Positions 1-12,600 of a stretch of DNA of 64,000 bases are shown one piece after another. The translations under genes and the position numbers were made by a program. The stretch spans positions 6,264,001 through 6,328,000 of the forward strand of contig OZ249436.1 in the NCBI GenBank assembly GCA_965235115.1, in the 5' to 3' direction. Each line of letters begins with the position of its first letter. Positions within the stretch are counted from its first letter, which is position 1. Source of the DNA: Laetmonice hystrix (Eukaryota). The notes beneath the pieces were generated by a model that saw nothing but the letters and a program-made list of their open reading frames with translations, did no database searches and was not told where the DNA came from.

Positions 1-274
1 ATCTGAAGACAGTGACGACTGTCTCAGGCACACTAGTTACATGTATTATATAGACAACCTGTTCTCCCCACTTTGTTGACCTGTCTACTGATGACCTATG
101 ACAATGGTCGACATGACAGTCACCTGTGCCAGATTTACTGTCTCCAGTAAGACTGAGTGGCCGTTCTCAATCCATCTGCCGTCCATCTGCCACTATACAT
201 TACGGTCAGAGTTGATCGGTGAGGGAATTCGATTGTGGCGCTGGACAGACTTGAGCAAATCCCCGAAACCCCGC

Positions 275-475
275 GTCACTTCCGGCGGGGCCGACGGGTC
301 CCCGCCGTCGGCCGGTCACTGCCGGTGGGGTCAAGGGGTGCCCGCCGGCGGCTGGTCACCTTCGGCGGGGTCGAGGGGTGCCCGCCGGCGGCTGGTCACT
401 GCCGGCGGGGCCGACAGGTGCCCGCCGTCGGCTGGTCACTGCCGGCGGGGCCGACGGGTGCCCGCCGCCGGCCGG
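275..475. repeat. GC-rich 40-bp tandem repeat, ~5 copies
   Basis: CACT/CACC anchor recurs at 277, 317, 357, 397, 437. Unit resembles CACTGCCGGCGGGGCCGACGGGTGCCCGCCGGCGGCTGGT with an internal inverted repeat. Confidence 0.85.
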
Positions 476-2422
476 GGCAGTACCAAGGTCCCGGCTGAAG
501 AATGTTACAATCTCCCTCTCTGGCGTCCCGGATCAACCCAAGCCTGATGGGCGTGGTGCCAGGGGTCGATCACCGTCGAGTAGGTAGACCTCTCCACCCC
601 TGTCGTACTGCCCCCAGGGGAGGGTGGCAGCTGGCCCGGCGAACCCTCCCCACCCTACCATCTCCACATACCCAGCTCGCCATCGATCTACGCCACATTA
701 CGGCAAACCGGAGCAAATCTGGCACCGACAGACTTCCTGTTTTACTGTGTGTATGAGGGCAGCGGAGATTTACTCTAACTTAGCCCTAGTGGTTCGACTC
801 TTGGGAAGGGAAGGCTCCTGAAACATTTCATGCACCTCTGCTGCATGGCTTTGCAAAGGAATTTGTATGACGCATCAGAGAAAATTCAAATCATCCAAGC
901 CTTTCTGCCACCTAATTAAAGTACTCTTTGGTCGGGAAAGGGCTCTCTTGATTTAACTTTAAAAGTCGTGTTGAGACAACATTAAGATTAAGGGCATGGG
1001 AGGGTCAAGGGGGCAACTGCCCCCCCCCCCCCCGGATTTCCAGTTAAAAAAATATTATTGGGCCTAGATCCCCAATATTGACCCTGATATTGACACCGTC
1101 ACATCTTTGTCAGGCATCTCACCTGGCCTGTGTAAACTTTCTCTTCTCTCCGTGGAAGGATCCACTGACCATACCCCCGCCACGCCGCCACCCACAATTC
1201 AACACACGTTAAAAAACTCCTTTTATTTCCAACCATTTGGCTAAATTCTATTGGGCAATAAAATTTCACGAGTGGTTGTTTTCTATTGACCTTCCGTGCG
1301 AAGCTTCTGCCGGTCTGCAAGAGATCGATTAAAGCATATGACGTTTTGAAAAAAAAGTTAGGTGGACCTTTCTTTCATGGGATTTAGTAGGGCTGAAACG
1401 ATACACTTGTGCCACGATACGATACGTATCACGATACAACAAACGATATATCTCACGATAGTTGTCAAGTTATACTTGATTGATGCTTAGACTGTCACAG
1501 AGAATCGGGAATCAGAAGCTTGGGTCAAAATACTCTGTGTATTGTGAATTATTCTAGCGATCGATAGCACCTGGGATGATCACGGAGGAATCAGGTTCTA
1601 GGGGTAGAGTGTCTCAGGACACTTTTTACTATCACTAGTCTTGTATCGAGCTAAAAATAGCAAAAAGGGGAACTGATCCTGGAGGCATGGTCCGTTGGAA
1701 GATCTGGCGTCTGGAGAACACACGATAACCCATTGAGAGACAACTGATTTGGAACCTTGCCGCAGATTGAGCCCACTGAGGGGGGAAAGGGTTCTATTTC
1801 TAGATCCCTTTAGAAGAGTTGTGTCCACCTATCGCCGAGTTACACCCTCACCTCTCCAAGTGGACACATACCAAGCGAGCCGAACTCTTCGTACTGTCAG
1901 GTTTTCAACAGCGTCTGTTTCCAGACTACGACCGAACGTGGAGACCGGCGCCTCACAGTTCCTTACATTACTACAGCGTTGCTTATTGCTTTATATATCC
2001 ACCTCCAGGTCGAGGACCACAGAAAGGGTGTGCACATATACTCAACGTTATGTTAGGATAAAAACAAAGTTCCGGCAAAATTAAAAGTATTCAAGTACTA
2101 CAGGTCTTAGGTAAAGATTAAACCCAAATTTTGATAGACGTCTGTACGTCTGTACATTCTGTAAAATTTATTTTAGTGAACATAAACAGATATTTTGAAA
2201 ACCACCCAGCAAAAATGGGACGTGAGCGCCCTCTACACATTGCAGTCACGTGTGCATGTCTTGATACCTATTTGATATGCAAATACCAGTGTCAGTCGCA
2301 GGGATATAGACTATTGTTAGATACTCTATTGTTAGGTCTTTTGTTTTGCGACTCACTGACGTGTGACAACGTGCAAGTAGGCTAGCTTTGCCTGCATGAA
2401 ACATCGAGTTATACATATATTT

Positions 2423-2454
2423 AGAGAGAGAGAGAGAGCGAGAGAGAGAGAGAG

Positions 2455-2527
<73 letters not shown>
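2423..2527. repeat. (AG)n microsatellite
   Basis: Directly visible. Confidence 0.95.
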
Positions 2528-2532
<5 letters not shown>

Positions 2533-2719
2533 TTCAGTATACCGCACTATAAGAGACGATATACTGTAGCGAAAGGTCAGAGTCGGCCGACTGAGGAAGA
2601 CGCCAGCAAGTTTTAATCATCTTCTCCATGACGTCGACCGTATTCGCCTCCAGGCGGCGCTATCAGTGCGGAAACAGCCCGGAGATCGGAGTAGGTTAAT
2701 GACGGGCAGACGTCTGGCC

Positions 2720-2834
2720 CACATCTCGGGTTAGTTAGATCCGCGGGTCTCCTAGCTCAGTGAGTCTGTGATCTTACATCTCGGGTTAGTTAGATCCGCG
2801 GGTCTCCTCGCTCAGTAAGTCTGTGATCTTACAT
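2720..2834. repeat. ~56-bp direct duplication (2 copies)
   Basis: ACATCTCGGGTTAGTTAGATCCGCGGGTCTCCT...TCTGTGATCTTACAT occurs twice in tandem. Confidence 0.8.
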
Positions 2835-3560
2835 TCTCCCGCCGTATACACGTTTAACGTCAGGTCCAGCCTAACTGCAAACCTTTATCTGAGGTGGTCG
2901 CACGGATAAGTAGGGTGGAATGCCTGTGGCGGTCAGCCAGTTATGAATGGCTCCCATACTACAGTCCAGAATTTATGAGCCTCAAGTAGAGGGCACGTGG
3001 GATGTAGTTAGGGGCTTGTATGACCTTCAGATGTTACCAGATATTCCATGGACGCTAAGTTTCTGCCTATTTATCATTAATAATGCAATAATGTAAGGAC
3101 GTCAAAACATGAGCCTTCTTAATCCGGATTATCTGAGGTGGATTCAGTGCTTTGGAAAGACGCGCGCTGAATAATGTTACTGCTTCACTGAAAATAACTT
3201 CAGCGAGGATTAATTAGTCGTGCTGACGTGGAAAGTAATTGCGGATTACGGCGTAATTTCAGTTGTGTGTTTATTTGATTGTCTCTAGGGTTTCTATTTC
3301 TAACGTATCGTCATATAGGGGTAGTCTGGTGGGAACTACCCCCCACCCCCCACCCCCCACAGACACTTCACCCGTCTCATCATAGACCTTCACTTCATGT
3401 CATGAATATATACGCGGGAATGCAGATACTGAAAGTTCGCTACACTCTTGTTGTCTTAAGGAACCATTTCAAGAGAAAATATTCAAAAACTTTTTATAAG
3501 TGGATTTGATATGTTTTATTTTGCATGTATGAATATGCCTTTGACGTCCTGGTACTGATG

Positions 3561-3765
3561 GAGAAGAAGAAGAAGAAGAAGAAGAAGAAGAAGAAGAAGA
3601 AGAAGAAGAAGAAGGAGAAGAAGGAGAAGAAGAAGACGAAGAAGAAGAAGACGAAGAAGAAGAAGAAGACGAAGAAGAAGAAGAAGAAGAAGAAGAAGAA
3701 GAAGAAGAAGAAGAAGAAGAAGAAGAAGAAAAGGAAGGAGGAGGAGGGGAGGAGGAGGAGGAGAT
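3561..3765. repeat. (GAA)n / (GGA)n microsatellite
   Basis: Directly visible; source of the poly-K and poly-F ORFs. Confidence 0.95.
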
Positions 3766-5177
3766 GATGAAGCAACCGTTTTTCTACTTTTGACAAACGC
3801 TCACAGTTTACGTTGTGGCGGCCTGGTATTATACGTCATAACCCAGACGTCTTGACGTCGTCTGGATGGAATCAAAGGTAGAGACTGATGCGATAATCGG
3901 TATGAAAGTCACGCCGGGATGCAGACGTACTGACAAAGCCACTCCCCTGGAATCTAGTCCTGAACATTGATAGATAACGTAAATCGATGCATGAGAGTGC
4001 AGCAGGCAACCACATAATCCACGCCTGATTTATCGTAGGCGTTTAATGGATGGCATCACAGCCGGTAAATGAAGGGGTCTCAATGAGGCCCATACTTTCA
4101 AACCAATCCATCATTTTCGGAACTCCCCCATTTTCAGATTGTGTCTAACATGATAATAAATCGGGTTGCGAATCATTATTTTATCTGGAACGCTTGATGT
4201 ATTGGAAACAGTGCTCGCTATATGTTTATTGACGTCGCGTTTCATGGATAAAAATGTTGTGAAATGTTACGCTTTGTCAGACCTGGAAGGAGATAGGACA
4301 ATAAATCATAAGATCCCGATTAGCTCGTTATAATGCTGTCTGCTGAATGCGAGCAGACGTTGAGGTACACCGTGGTGAGACCACTGAACAAGTTCGGGTT
4401 CCTGTCGAGGCGGAGCGATGACCCGGGTCGCTCGATCCATCGGTCGAAACGAGAAATCGTTGGTCGACTTTGTCGCCATCTAGTGGGGAATGTGGGCGGC
4501 GTAGGCCTCGTTTTGAGACCACACGTGTCGGTCTAAGTGAAGCCAGCGGGTGGCCTCAGGTCGACCTCTTTCTACGCCACGGGAGATGGTGGATCTTGTT
4601 ACCATAAATCATGGCATCACTAATCCAGATGCGGATTATCTGAACACGAATCCCATTCCGTCTAAATTCAAACACTCGGGTAGACATTACTCCAGGCGAC
4701 TTAAAGATATCGCATGCGACACAATAACCCCCAGTTAGGCCGACCGAGGTTCTCGTGACATCTGGATCCAATTGTAATATAGGCCTATCCTCAGTTCATC
4801 TAGTCTGTAGATTGTAGAACACAAGGGTCGCAGGGTGGAAAATAGTTTACTCCCTTTTCAGGCATGCAGTGTATCACAGAAAGCCTAACTCAGCCTAACT
4901 ATAGCCAGGTAGAAGAAAAGAAGGTCTAAACATTCGTGGTAGGCCTACATTGCACGTATAAAATAGCCTCACATCAGGTAAAACTAGGAACAGTTTGAAA
5001 AAAATGAAGGAAATATAAGACATTTGTAAAAACGTCTGGTAGGGGTGCAGCCGGGTACGCTGGTAGATCTAATTGGCGCCCAATATTGGAGACTGTGGAG
5101 TGACACAGCAGTGTGTGGGAGGATCGCAGCTGGCTCTCAGCTGGCTGGATAATGATAGCTAAACAGAGCTCTTCACT

Positions 5178-5700
5178 ACGGGAACTAACAACAGCTCCCA
5201 ACCTGGCTGTCCCGGGTTAGCCACCTGTCTGACGGGAACTAACAACAGCTCCCAACCTGGCTGTCCCGGGTTAGCCACCTGTCTGACGGGAACTAACAAC
5301 AGCCCCCAACCTGGCTGTCCAGGGCTAGCCACCTGTCTGACGGGAACTAACAACAGCCCCCAACCTGGCTGTCCCGGGTTAGCCACCTGTCTGACGGGAA
5401 CTGACAACAGCTCCCAACCTGGCTGCCCAGGGTTAGCCACCCGTCTGACGGGAACTAACAACAGCTCCCAACCTGGCTGTCCCGGGTAAGCCACCTGTCC
5501 GACGGGAACTAACGACAGCTCCCAACCTGGCTGTCCCGGGTTAGCCACCTGTCTGACGGGAACTAACAACAGCCCCCAACCTGGCTGTCCCGGGTTAGCC
5601 ACCTGTCTGACGGGAACTAACAACAGTCCCGACCTGGCTGTCCCGGGTTAGCCACCTGTCTGACGGGAACTAACAACAGCCCCAACCTGGCTGTCTCGGG
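5178..5700. repeat. 54-bp minisatellite, ~9-10 copies
   Basis: Unit ACGGGAACTAACAACAGCTCCCAACCTGGCTGTCCCGGGTTAGCCACCTGTCTG. Confidence 0.92.
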
Positions 5701-6688
5701 GTAGACAGAAAGCAATGGAATAACAGTTACACTGACGTTGATAATGATTTCTCTGACATGATATGTGAGGGCACACCCAATACCCCATAATAAATATGAC
5801 ATCAAAGAACTGTGATACATTATGTATTTTCCCAAGCGGTGACGTATGGCTTGAGTCTTATGAAGTAAGAACTTTATCAGACTCAAGCAATACTCTCCCA
5901 GGTCACCGCTTGGGGGCCAAACTATAGACACTCATTTACAGCAGTGCTGTACCCCATAGACTAGTGTCCTACTCACCAAATATTCCTACGAGGTATAGAT
6001 CTATAATAGTCCAGACGATGGAAGCTTTTTATGTGTGCCCCTTTCATCTCCGGGTGCGATAATACCGTTTGTGTATGAATTGTTACCGAGGACCTTAAAG
6101 GGGCACCGTCAATTAAAAGCCACAAAATCGACCCCCTCTCATATTAAACAACCTTGATTTACCTGCAATCTCGTAATAAATTGGAAGCAAAACAACTGTG
6201 CATTATGTAGTTGTAATACGGAGTAGCGTGTGCCATCGGTAATTGTCTTCTTTCGCTCCACGCTCCACGTCATCATCACAGCGCCGGTTTGTCATGGCGG
6301 TGGTTTGTACTCCACGGACCGTGCTCGGGCGACTGAACTTGTAATTTTCTTACATTTGTTGCCATTATTTGAGCGCCATATTTAAATAGGCTATACATAT
6401 GTTGCTACGGATGAAAGGTAGGCCTACGTTTCATATTTGGGGGGAATTGAGTCCCTATAATAGCTTACAATTTGTGGTTGATGCCGCGGTAGGATAATCT
6501 CAACACCCACTTCCTGATTAGGCCTACATGTCGTCTTCTTTAGCTTCATCATGGATTGAACGATAATAAGGGCCATAGAGACACGTGACCTGGGATGACG
6601 TAGTCCGTAAGTAGGTCAAACCTTCCCAGGTATCCCAGTGCCAGTGTTCGGCTATAAATTCGGACCCGGGGTCATGGAGGCTCCAAGC

Positions 6689-6760
6689 GGTTCCGTGGTG
6701 TAACGGTTAGCACTCAGGACTCTGAATCCTGCGATCCGAGTTCAAATCTCGGCGGAACCT
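6689..6760 (+). tRNA. trnQ-CTG: tRNA-Gln (anticodon CTG)
   Basis: GGTTCCG...CGGAACCT acceptor stem, anticodon arm CAGGA-CT-CTG-AA-TCCTG, T-arm CCGAG-TTCAAAT-CTCGG; T6 Pol III terminator at ~6773-6778. Confidence 0.97.
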
Positions 6761-6787
6761 TAAGGGAAAACCTTTTTTCCCAATTCT

Positions 6788-6840
6788 AATGGTTGTGAAC
6801 CAACATCTTGGACTCTGATTCTGGCGGACCCGAATTTTTA
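6788..6840 (+). pseudogene. decayed tRNA-Gln fragment
   Basis: AATGGTT...TTGGACTCTGATTCTGGCGGACCCGAATT echoes the D, anticodon and T arms of tRNA-Gln but has no intact stems. Confidence 0.4.
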
Positions 6841-7284
6841 AACGATTTATTTGATTTTTCAGATTAATTTGATTGTGAAAAACAAAATTGTTTCGTCAAA
6901 GAATTCCCCAATCTAATTAGGATATATCTCGTAGAGGCCGAGAACCGTGACGATAGGCCTATAGGGGGTTTAAGTCTCGTGACCTAGATATGCAAATGAC
7001 GTTAAATAGCCTCAAACCAGCTCCCGGTAGCGCCGAAAGTGCGCCAAGCGATTGTGACGTCAAAGAATTTCCCATAGGATTAACATTGACAGGGCCGACA
7101 GGTTCACAAAAACCAGCCTGTATATTCACAATGTAACTTTCTAAACTATAAAAGAAACTTTATCCTAGAGTAAACATCCCGGTAATCATGTATTGTAACG
7201 CTCAACATTAACAGCGACTTGACTGCAGAATGAAAATATTTCAAAGTTGACTGTCACTGTTCGCAATGGCCATCGCAATGTTAA

Positions 7285-7810
7285 AGGGAGTCGTAACATT
7301 CATTTTTTCGATTTATGGCAGTCTTAGAAACATATGATTCGCATACCTTGGACTCCCAGTAACATCATGTGAGACTGTTATGGCCCAGCGACCAGTATTT
7401 AGTAAGGAAAATATGCCAAATCTCTCGCAAATACGTAGCTCAGAATTAGCGAGCGGCCCACAGGATATTTGAGTTGGCCGCGGTCGGGCGATGATGACGC
7501 GTGATCACGTTACTTCCGGGTGTGGAAGGGAATCTCCCTCTAGTCTAGCATTGACCTAAATACTGCATGTACACCCGGAAGTCACGTGATCACGCGTCAT
7601 CATCGCCCGACCGCGGCCAACTCAAATATCCTGTGGGCCGCTCGCTAATTCTGAGCTACGTATTTCCGAGAGATTTGGCATATTTTCCTTACTAAATACT
7701 GGTCGCTGGGCCATAACAGTCTCACATGATGTTACTGGGAGTCCAAGGTATGCGAATCATAATGTTTCTAAGACTGCCATAAATCGAAAAAATGAATTTT
7801 ACGACTCCCT
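7285..7810. mobile_element. foldback MITE with ~240-bp TIRs and TTAA TSD (Kolobok-like)
   Basis: TTAA|AGGGAGTCGTAA...TTACGACTCCCT|TTAA. Arms are near-perfect reverse complements around a ~45-bp spacer. Confidence 0.88.
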
Positions 7811-8199
7811 TTAAACCAGCGAGGCTATCTGCTCCTTGTCCCGCTAACGCGAAATCTCTTGAATTCTCGTGACATACTTAAACGCCCTATTAACGCCAGC
7901 AACTTAAACACTCGGAATTACCGAGGCTGCCTCTGATTGGCTGTTTCTAGGTGACATCGGCTGATTGGCTGTTTAGACCAGCCAATCAGAAGCGTCGAAG
8001 TTTTTAGAACTGGGCTCTGGTCTCCGAGGTCACTGCTTGGGGGTCACAGAAATCGACGTCCTGAACCACCGTATCCCCGAAAATGATAATCCTACTTACC
8101 GAATAAACATGAGGTGTAGATCTGGGCCTTTAGTCTCTTTTTATACGGTGCCCCTTGGCATCTTGTGGTTAGAAAAGGTTTTAACAATGCGATTTGTTA

Positions 8200-8402
8200 C
8201 GGGCTTCCGTTTCACTAACGGCCCTGTGACATCCCCGATTTGGGGACATGCATCCCCACTTAAAGTGTTCCACTACCATGTCCCTCCCCGGGGACATCCC
8301 CAATTCAGGCAATGTTAATTTTAAGGACAATGAAACAGGATGTCTCTGAATCGTGGATGTCCCCACTTGGGGATGTCTTCGCTTAGTGAAACGGGCCCCT
8401 GG
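8200..8402. mobile_element. short palindromic MITE (GGGCCCGTTTCACTAA-type ends)
   Basis: CCGTTTCACTAA ... TTAGTGAAACGGGCCCCTGG inverted ends with internal GACATCCCC/GGGGATGTC repeats. Confidence 0.6.
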
Positions 8403-9618
8403 CCTAGATGTCAGTGTGATTGGTAAACGCCGAGGGACGACAGTCTCCAGACCGGCTTTTTCTTATTTCTTTTTCCCTCTACAGACAGTGGCGCTGGCGT
8501 GCACATAGTTCCCTCAGGATATCAATTCTGGGATAGAAATATCTGATATAATACAGGCACCGTATTGGTATGGGAAGAGCTCTGTGAAAGATGGACTTCA
8601 GTTGTAGGTATAGCAAACTTTTCCACACAAGGTGTATTACAGGAGGGGCACATTAACCCATCGTAAGTAAATATTATTGGAAGCCAAAATATTCGTGCCC
8701 AGTCTGTGCCTTGATACTTTGCCCTAAAGTAGTCTATTCCTTTTTACGTATCTTGGGACAGTGTTTTCCCCCAAGGTTGTCTATTTTTTGTTTTTACAAA
8801 GACAGTAACAACCGTTCCTTGGAATGGTCATATTTGGTTTTATTTTAGTGTAGGACATTCAATGCGTCTATTGCGTCTATCTCCCGTCAGTCGATGATCA
8901 ATTATTGAGAACCCTACAGACAACATAGGTGGCGCCACAATGACTATTTCCCCCCGCCCTCTGGTGGCGATCAGGGATGTCAGTTCGGACGGCTTGTATT
9001 CTTCACTACGGAACGGTCAGGACTCGGGACGCAGAATAATTCTCGGAGACGTGATCTCTGATATTTGGTATTTGTCTTTAGCAAACTTTCAATCACATTC
9101 CAGGCGAGAAATATTAGAGGTAATTATTATTAAGAAACCACAGCCCACGTGTGGTCTGATTAATATCAAATACACAGTTTTAATTAGGTACACAGGGACA
9201 ATGTCCCCTAATGCTACTCCTTACTCTAAGTCGTTATTGTTGTCTCAATCCTTTTAAATGTCTCTTTTCTATACCTTTCTGCTCCAGGAGTCTGACTAGC
9301 ATAGTGCATAGCAAAACGGAGAGGCTACAGCTGGAGTAGATCAAATAATTCAGAGCTCAAGTCATTCTGCACCATGTGTAGAGACTGGCACGCAAGAGTA
9401 ATTATCTCTTCAATAAGGGAAGAAGGCTCAGAACCATGGAATAATGCTTCACTCAGCTGGTAGTCGCGGACGGTAATCACCAGCCTAGGTTTACGTAACC
9501 AGTGGCAAGTCAATCAAACATAATTCATATAATTATAATCACATCGGATATATTTCGTAATTGGTATTGATTGCAGTTTTTTCTACACGGTAGTATGGAA
9601 TTGCTGACTACGTATCCT

Positions 9619-12600
9619 TCATGTGGCGGTCCTAAAAAGGGCAATGAGATCTTTTCGCTGTATTTCGAAGTCATAAACCTGTAATGTAATGAAAATTGGG
9701 ATTTTATAGATGAGAAGTCCGCCTGAATGAGTGGACAATTGAATATAAAACTTCGACAACAACTTCTGTCGTTTATAAGTCTGAACTAATCGGGCATAGC
9801 CTCATTTATCTTCAGTGGTTCGGTGTCTTGGTACATTATGATTACATTATCATTACATTATGATTACATTATGATTCAGTTTGCTTTCCTCTCACTGTAT
9901 ACAATCACATTGCACACATTCAGTTCCGATCGCCATTAACAATATTAGGAATAGATTATGTTATTACAGATCGGCCATTCCCAGACACTATGATCGCTAC
10001 ATCAGCGTTCCCAATTATCATCTTCATTGTATAAGTCCTGAATCTTACCGGCGAGAAAATGGGAATTAATATAACTGGCATCTTATCGGATTCGATCATG
10101 TAATAAAAATAAGTGGCCATTTCAACACGTAGCGTACGACGATTTCAAATTACCCCCAAAACGGTAATGATATTCGAATACTTTGGTCTTGGAACAATCC
10201 TTCACCTTCAATGATATACAAACCACTGGTTGTCACTCTCACCTGGAAACTTGTCTGGATTGTCTTCCGGTCTGGGAACCGTGCGACAACAGCCATACCA
10301 CGCTCCATACACGACCGTATCATCACCTGAATTATAGACAACATGATTCCACACTGAGGTCATAAATATGATCGTGCTCCTAATGATTCCACACTGAGGT
10401 CATAAATATGATCGTGCTCCTAATGATTCCACACTGACGTCATAAATATGATCGTGCTCCTAAATCACAGTGCATTAACTCGGATAATTACATTCGTTTT
10501 CAGACACTGTCATAGTGTGTGATAGAGTGCATAATTATACAGGGGTAAAGATTTGGAGATATAGTGGCTATGCCAACTACCGTAGCCCCTGTAAAATGAT
10601 TCGATGTTCTATCATTTGCCCCCCCCCCCACCCAAAGGAGCTACGATGTAGCTACAATTATGTACACAAGCTCGTCACACTCGACGTGACTAAGTTACCC
10701 ATGCTGCCACGTTTTGCCACAGTTATCAAGAAATATTTCCCGTCTAGATTTACCTGCTCCTGGCTGCGTGTCGTTTTCTCTGAGATATTTACCTGTTCCT
10801 GGCTGCGTGTCGTTTTCTCTGAGATATTTACCTGTTCCTGGCTGCGTGTCGTTTTCTCTGAGATATTTACCTGTTCCTGGCTGCGGGTCGTTTTCTCTGA
10901 GATATTTACCTGCTCCTGGCTGGGTGTCGTTTTCTCTGAGATATTTACCTGCTCCTGGCTGCGGGTCGTTTTCTCTGAGATATTTACCTGTTCCTGGCTG
11001 CGGGTCGTTTTCTCTGAGATATTTACCTGCTCCTGGCTACGTGTCGTTTTCTCTGAGATATTTACCTGTTCCTGGCTGCGGGTCGTTTTCTCTGAGATAT
11101 TTACCTGTTCCTGGCTGCGTGTTGTTTTCTCTGAGATATTTACCTGTTCCTGGCTGCGTGTTGTTTTCTCTGAGATATTTACCTGTTCCTGGCTGCGTGT
11201 CGTTTTCTCTGAGATATTTACCTGTTCCTGGCTCCGTGCCGTTTTCTCTGAGATATTTACCTGCTCCTGGCTGCGGGTTGTTTTCTCTGAGATATTTACC
11301 TGCTCCTGGCTGCAGGTCGTTTTCTCTGAGATATTTACCTGTTCCTGGCTGCAGGTCGTTTTCTCTGAGATATTTACCTGCTCCTGGCTGCGTGTTGTTT
11401 TCTCTGAGATATTTACCTGCTCCTGGCTGCGGGTCGTTTTCTCTGAGATATTTACCTGCTCCTGGCTGGGTGTCGTTTTCTCTGAGACATTTACCTGTTC
11501 CTGGCTCCGTGTCGTTTTCTCTGAGATATTTACCTGTTCCTGGCTGCGGGTCGTTTTCTCTGAGATATTTACCTGTTCCTGGCTGCGTGTTGTTTTCTCT
11601 GAGATATTTACCTGTTCCTGGCTGCGGGTTGTTTTCTCTGAGATATTTACCTGTTCCTGGCTCCGTGTCGTTTTCTCTGAGATATTTACCTGTTCCTGGC
11701 TGCGGGTCGTTTTCTCTGCGATGTCTCCGAGGACGCGATCATGGTTTTCATTGTTCACGTCTCGCACCCTACACACAACAGAAAACATCTGACCCTCTAA
11801 GACAAGAGAACGCCAACTTTTCACAATTGATAGTAACGGGGTTTCCTGGAGGAGTCCACCTTTTGTAGGGAGTGTAGGGGTAGCCTAAAGAAAGGCATTT
11901 AATAAAAATAAAGCCAGGGTTCTTTGGGGATTACGAAATTTTTGGGGGTAGGGATGAAGGTACAGGGGTCAGGTTGGTGGATATATAGTGTTACCGATTG
12001 TACAGGGGTCGGGTTGGTGGATGTATAGTGTTACTGATTGTACAGGGGTCGGGTTGGTGGATGTATAGTGTTACTGATTGTACAGGGGTCGGGTTGGTGG
12101 ATGTATAGTATTACTGATTGTACAGGGGTCGGGTTGGTGGATGTATAGTGTTACTGATTGTACAGGGGTCGGGTTGGTGGATGTATAGTGTTACTGATTG
12201 TACAGGGGTCGGGTTGGTGGATGTATAGTGTTACCGATTGTACAGGGGTCGGGTTGGTGGATGTATAGTGTTACTGATTGTACAGGGGTCGGGTTGGTGG
12301 ATGTATACTGATTGCACAGGGGTCGGGTTGGTGGATGTATAGTGTTACTGATTGTACAGGGGTCGGGTTGGTGGATGTATAGTGTTACTGATTGTACAGG
12401 GGTCGGGATGGTGGATGTATAGTGTTACTGATTGTACAGGGGTCGGGTTGGTGGATGTATAGTATTACTGATTGTACAGGGGTCGGGTTGGTGGATGTAT
12501 AGTGTTACTGATTGTACAGGGGTCGGGTTAGTGGATGTATAGTGTTACTGATTGTACAGGGGTCGGGTTGGTGGATGTATAGTGTTACCGATTGTAGAGG

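Noticed and set aside
1..2370. Possible LTR signals (purine tract then TGTAACA on minus at ~509; TGTCAC..GTGACA at 1493-2368)
   Set aside because: No matching second LTR, TSD or gag/pol sequence in the window.
3494..3796. Poly-Lys and poly-Phe ORFs
   Set aside because: Translation of the (GAA)n microsatellite.
4333..4536. ORF containing RSKR, possibly another propeptide exon
   Set aside because: No signal exon, amidation site or convincing splice boundaries found.
10515..11868. 425-aa and 384-aa plus-strand ORFs
   Set aside because: By-products of the stop-free 39-bp array. Only the minus frame connects to AKR exons.
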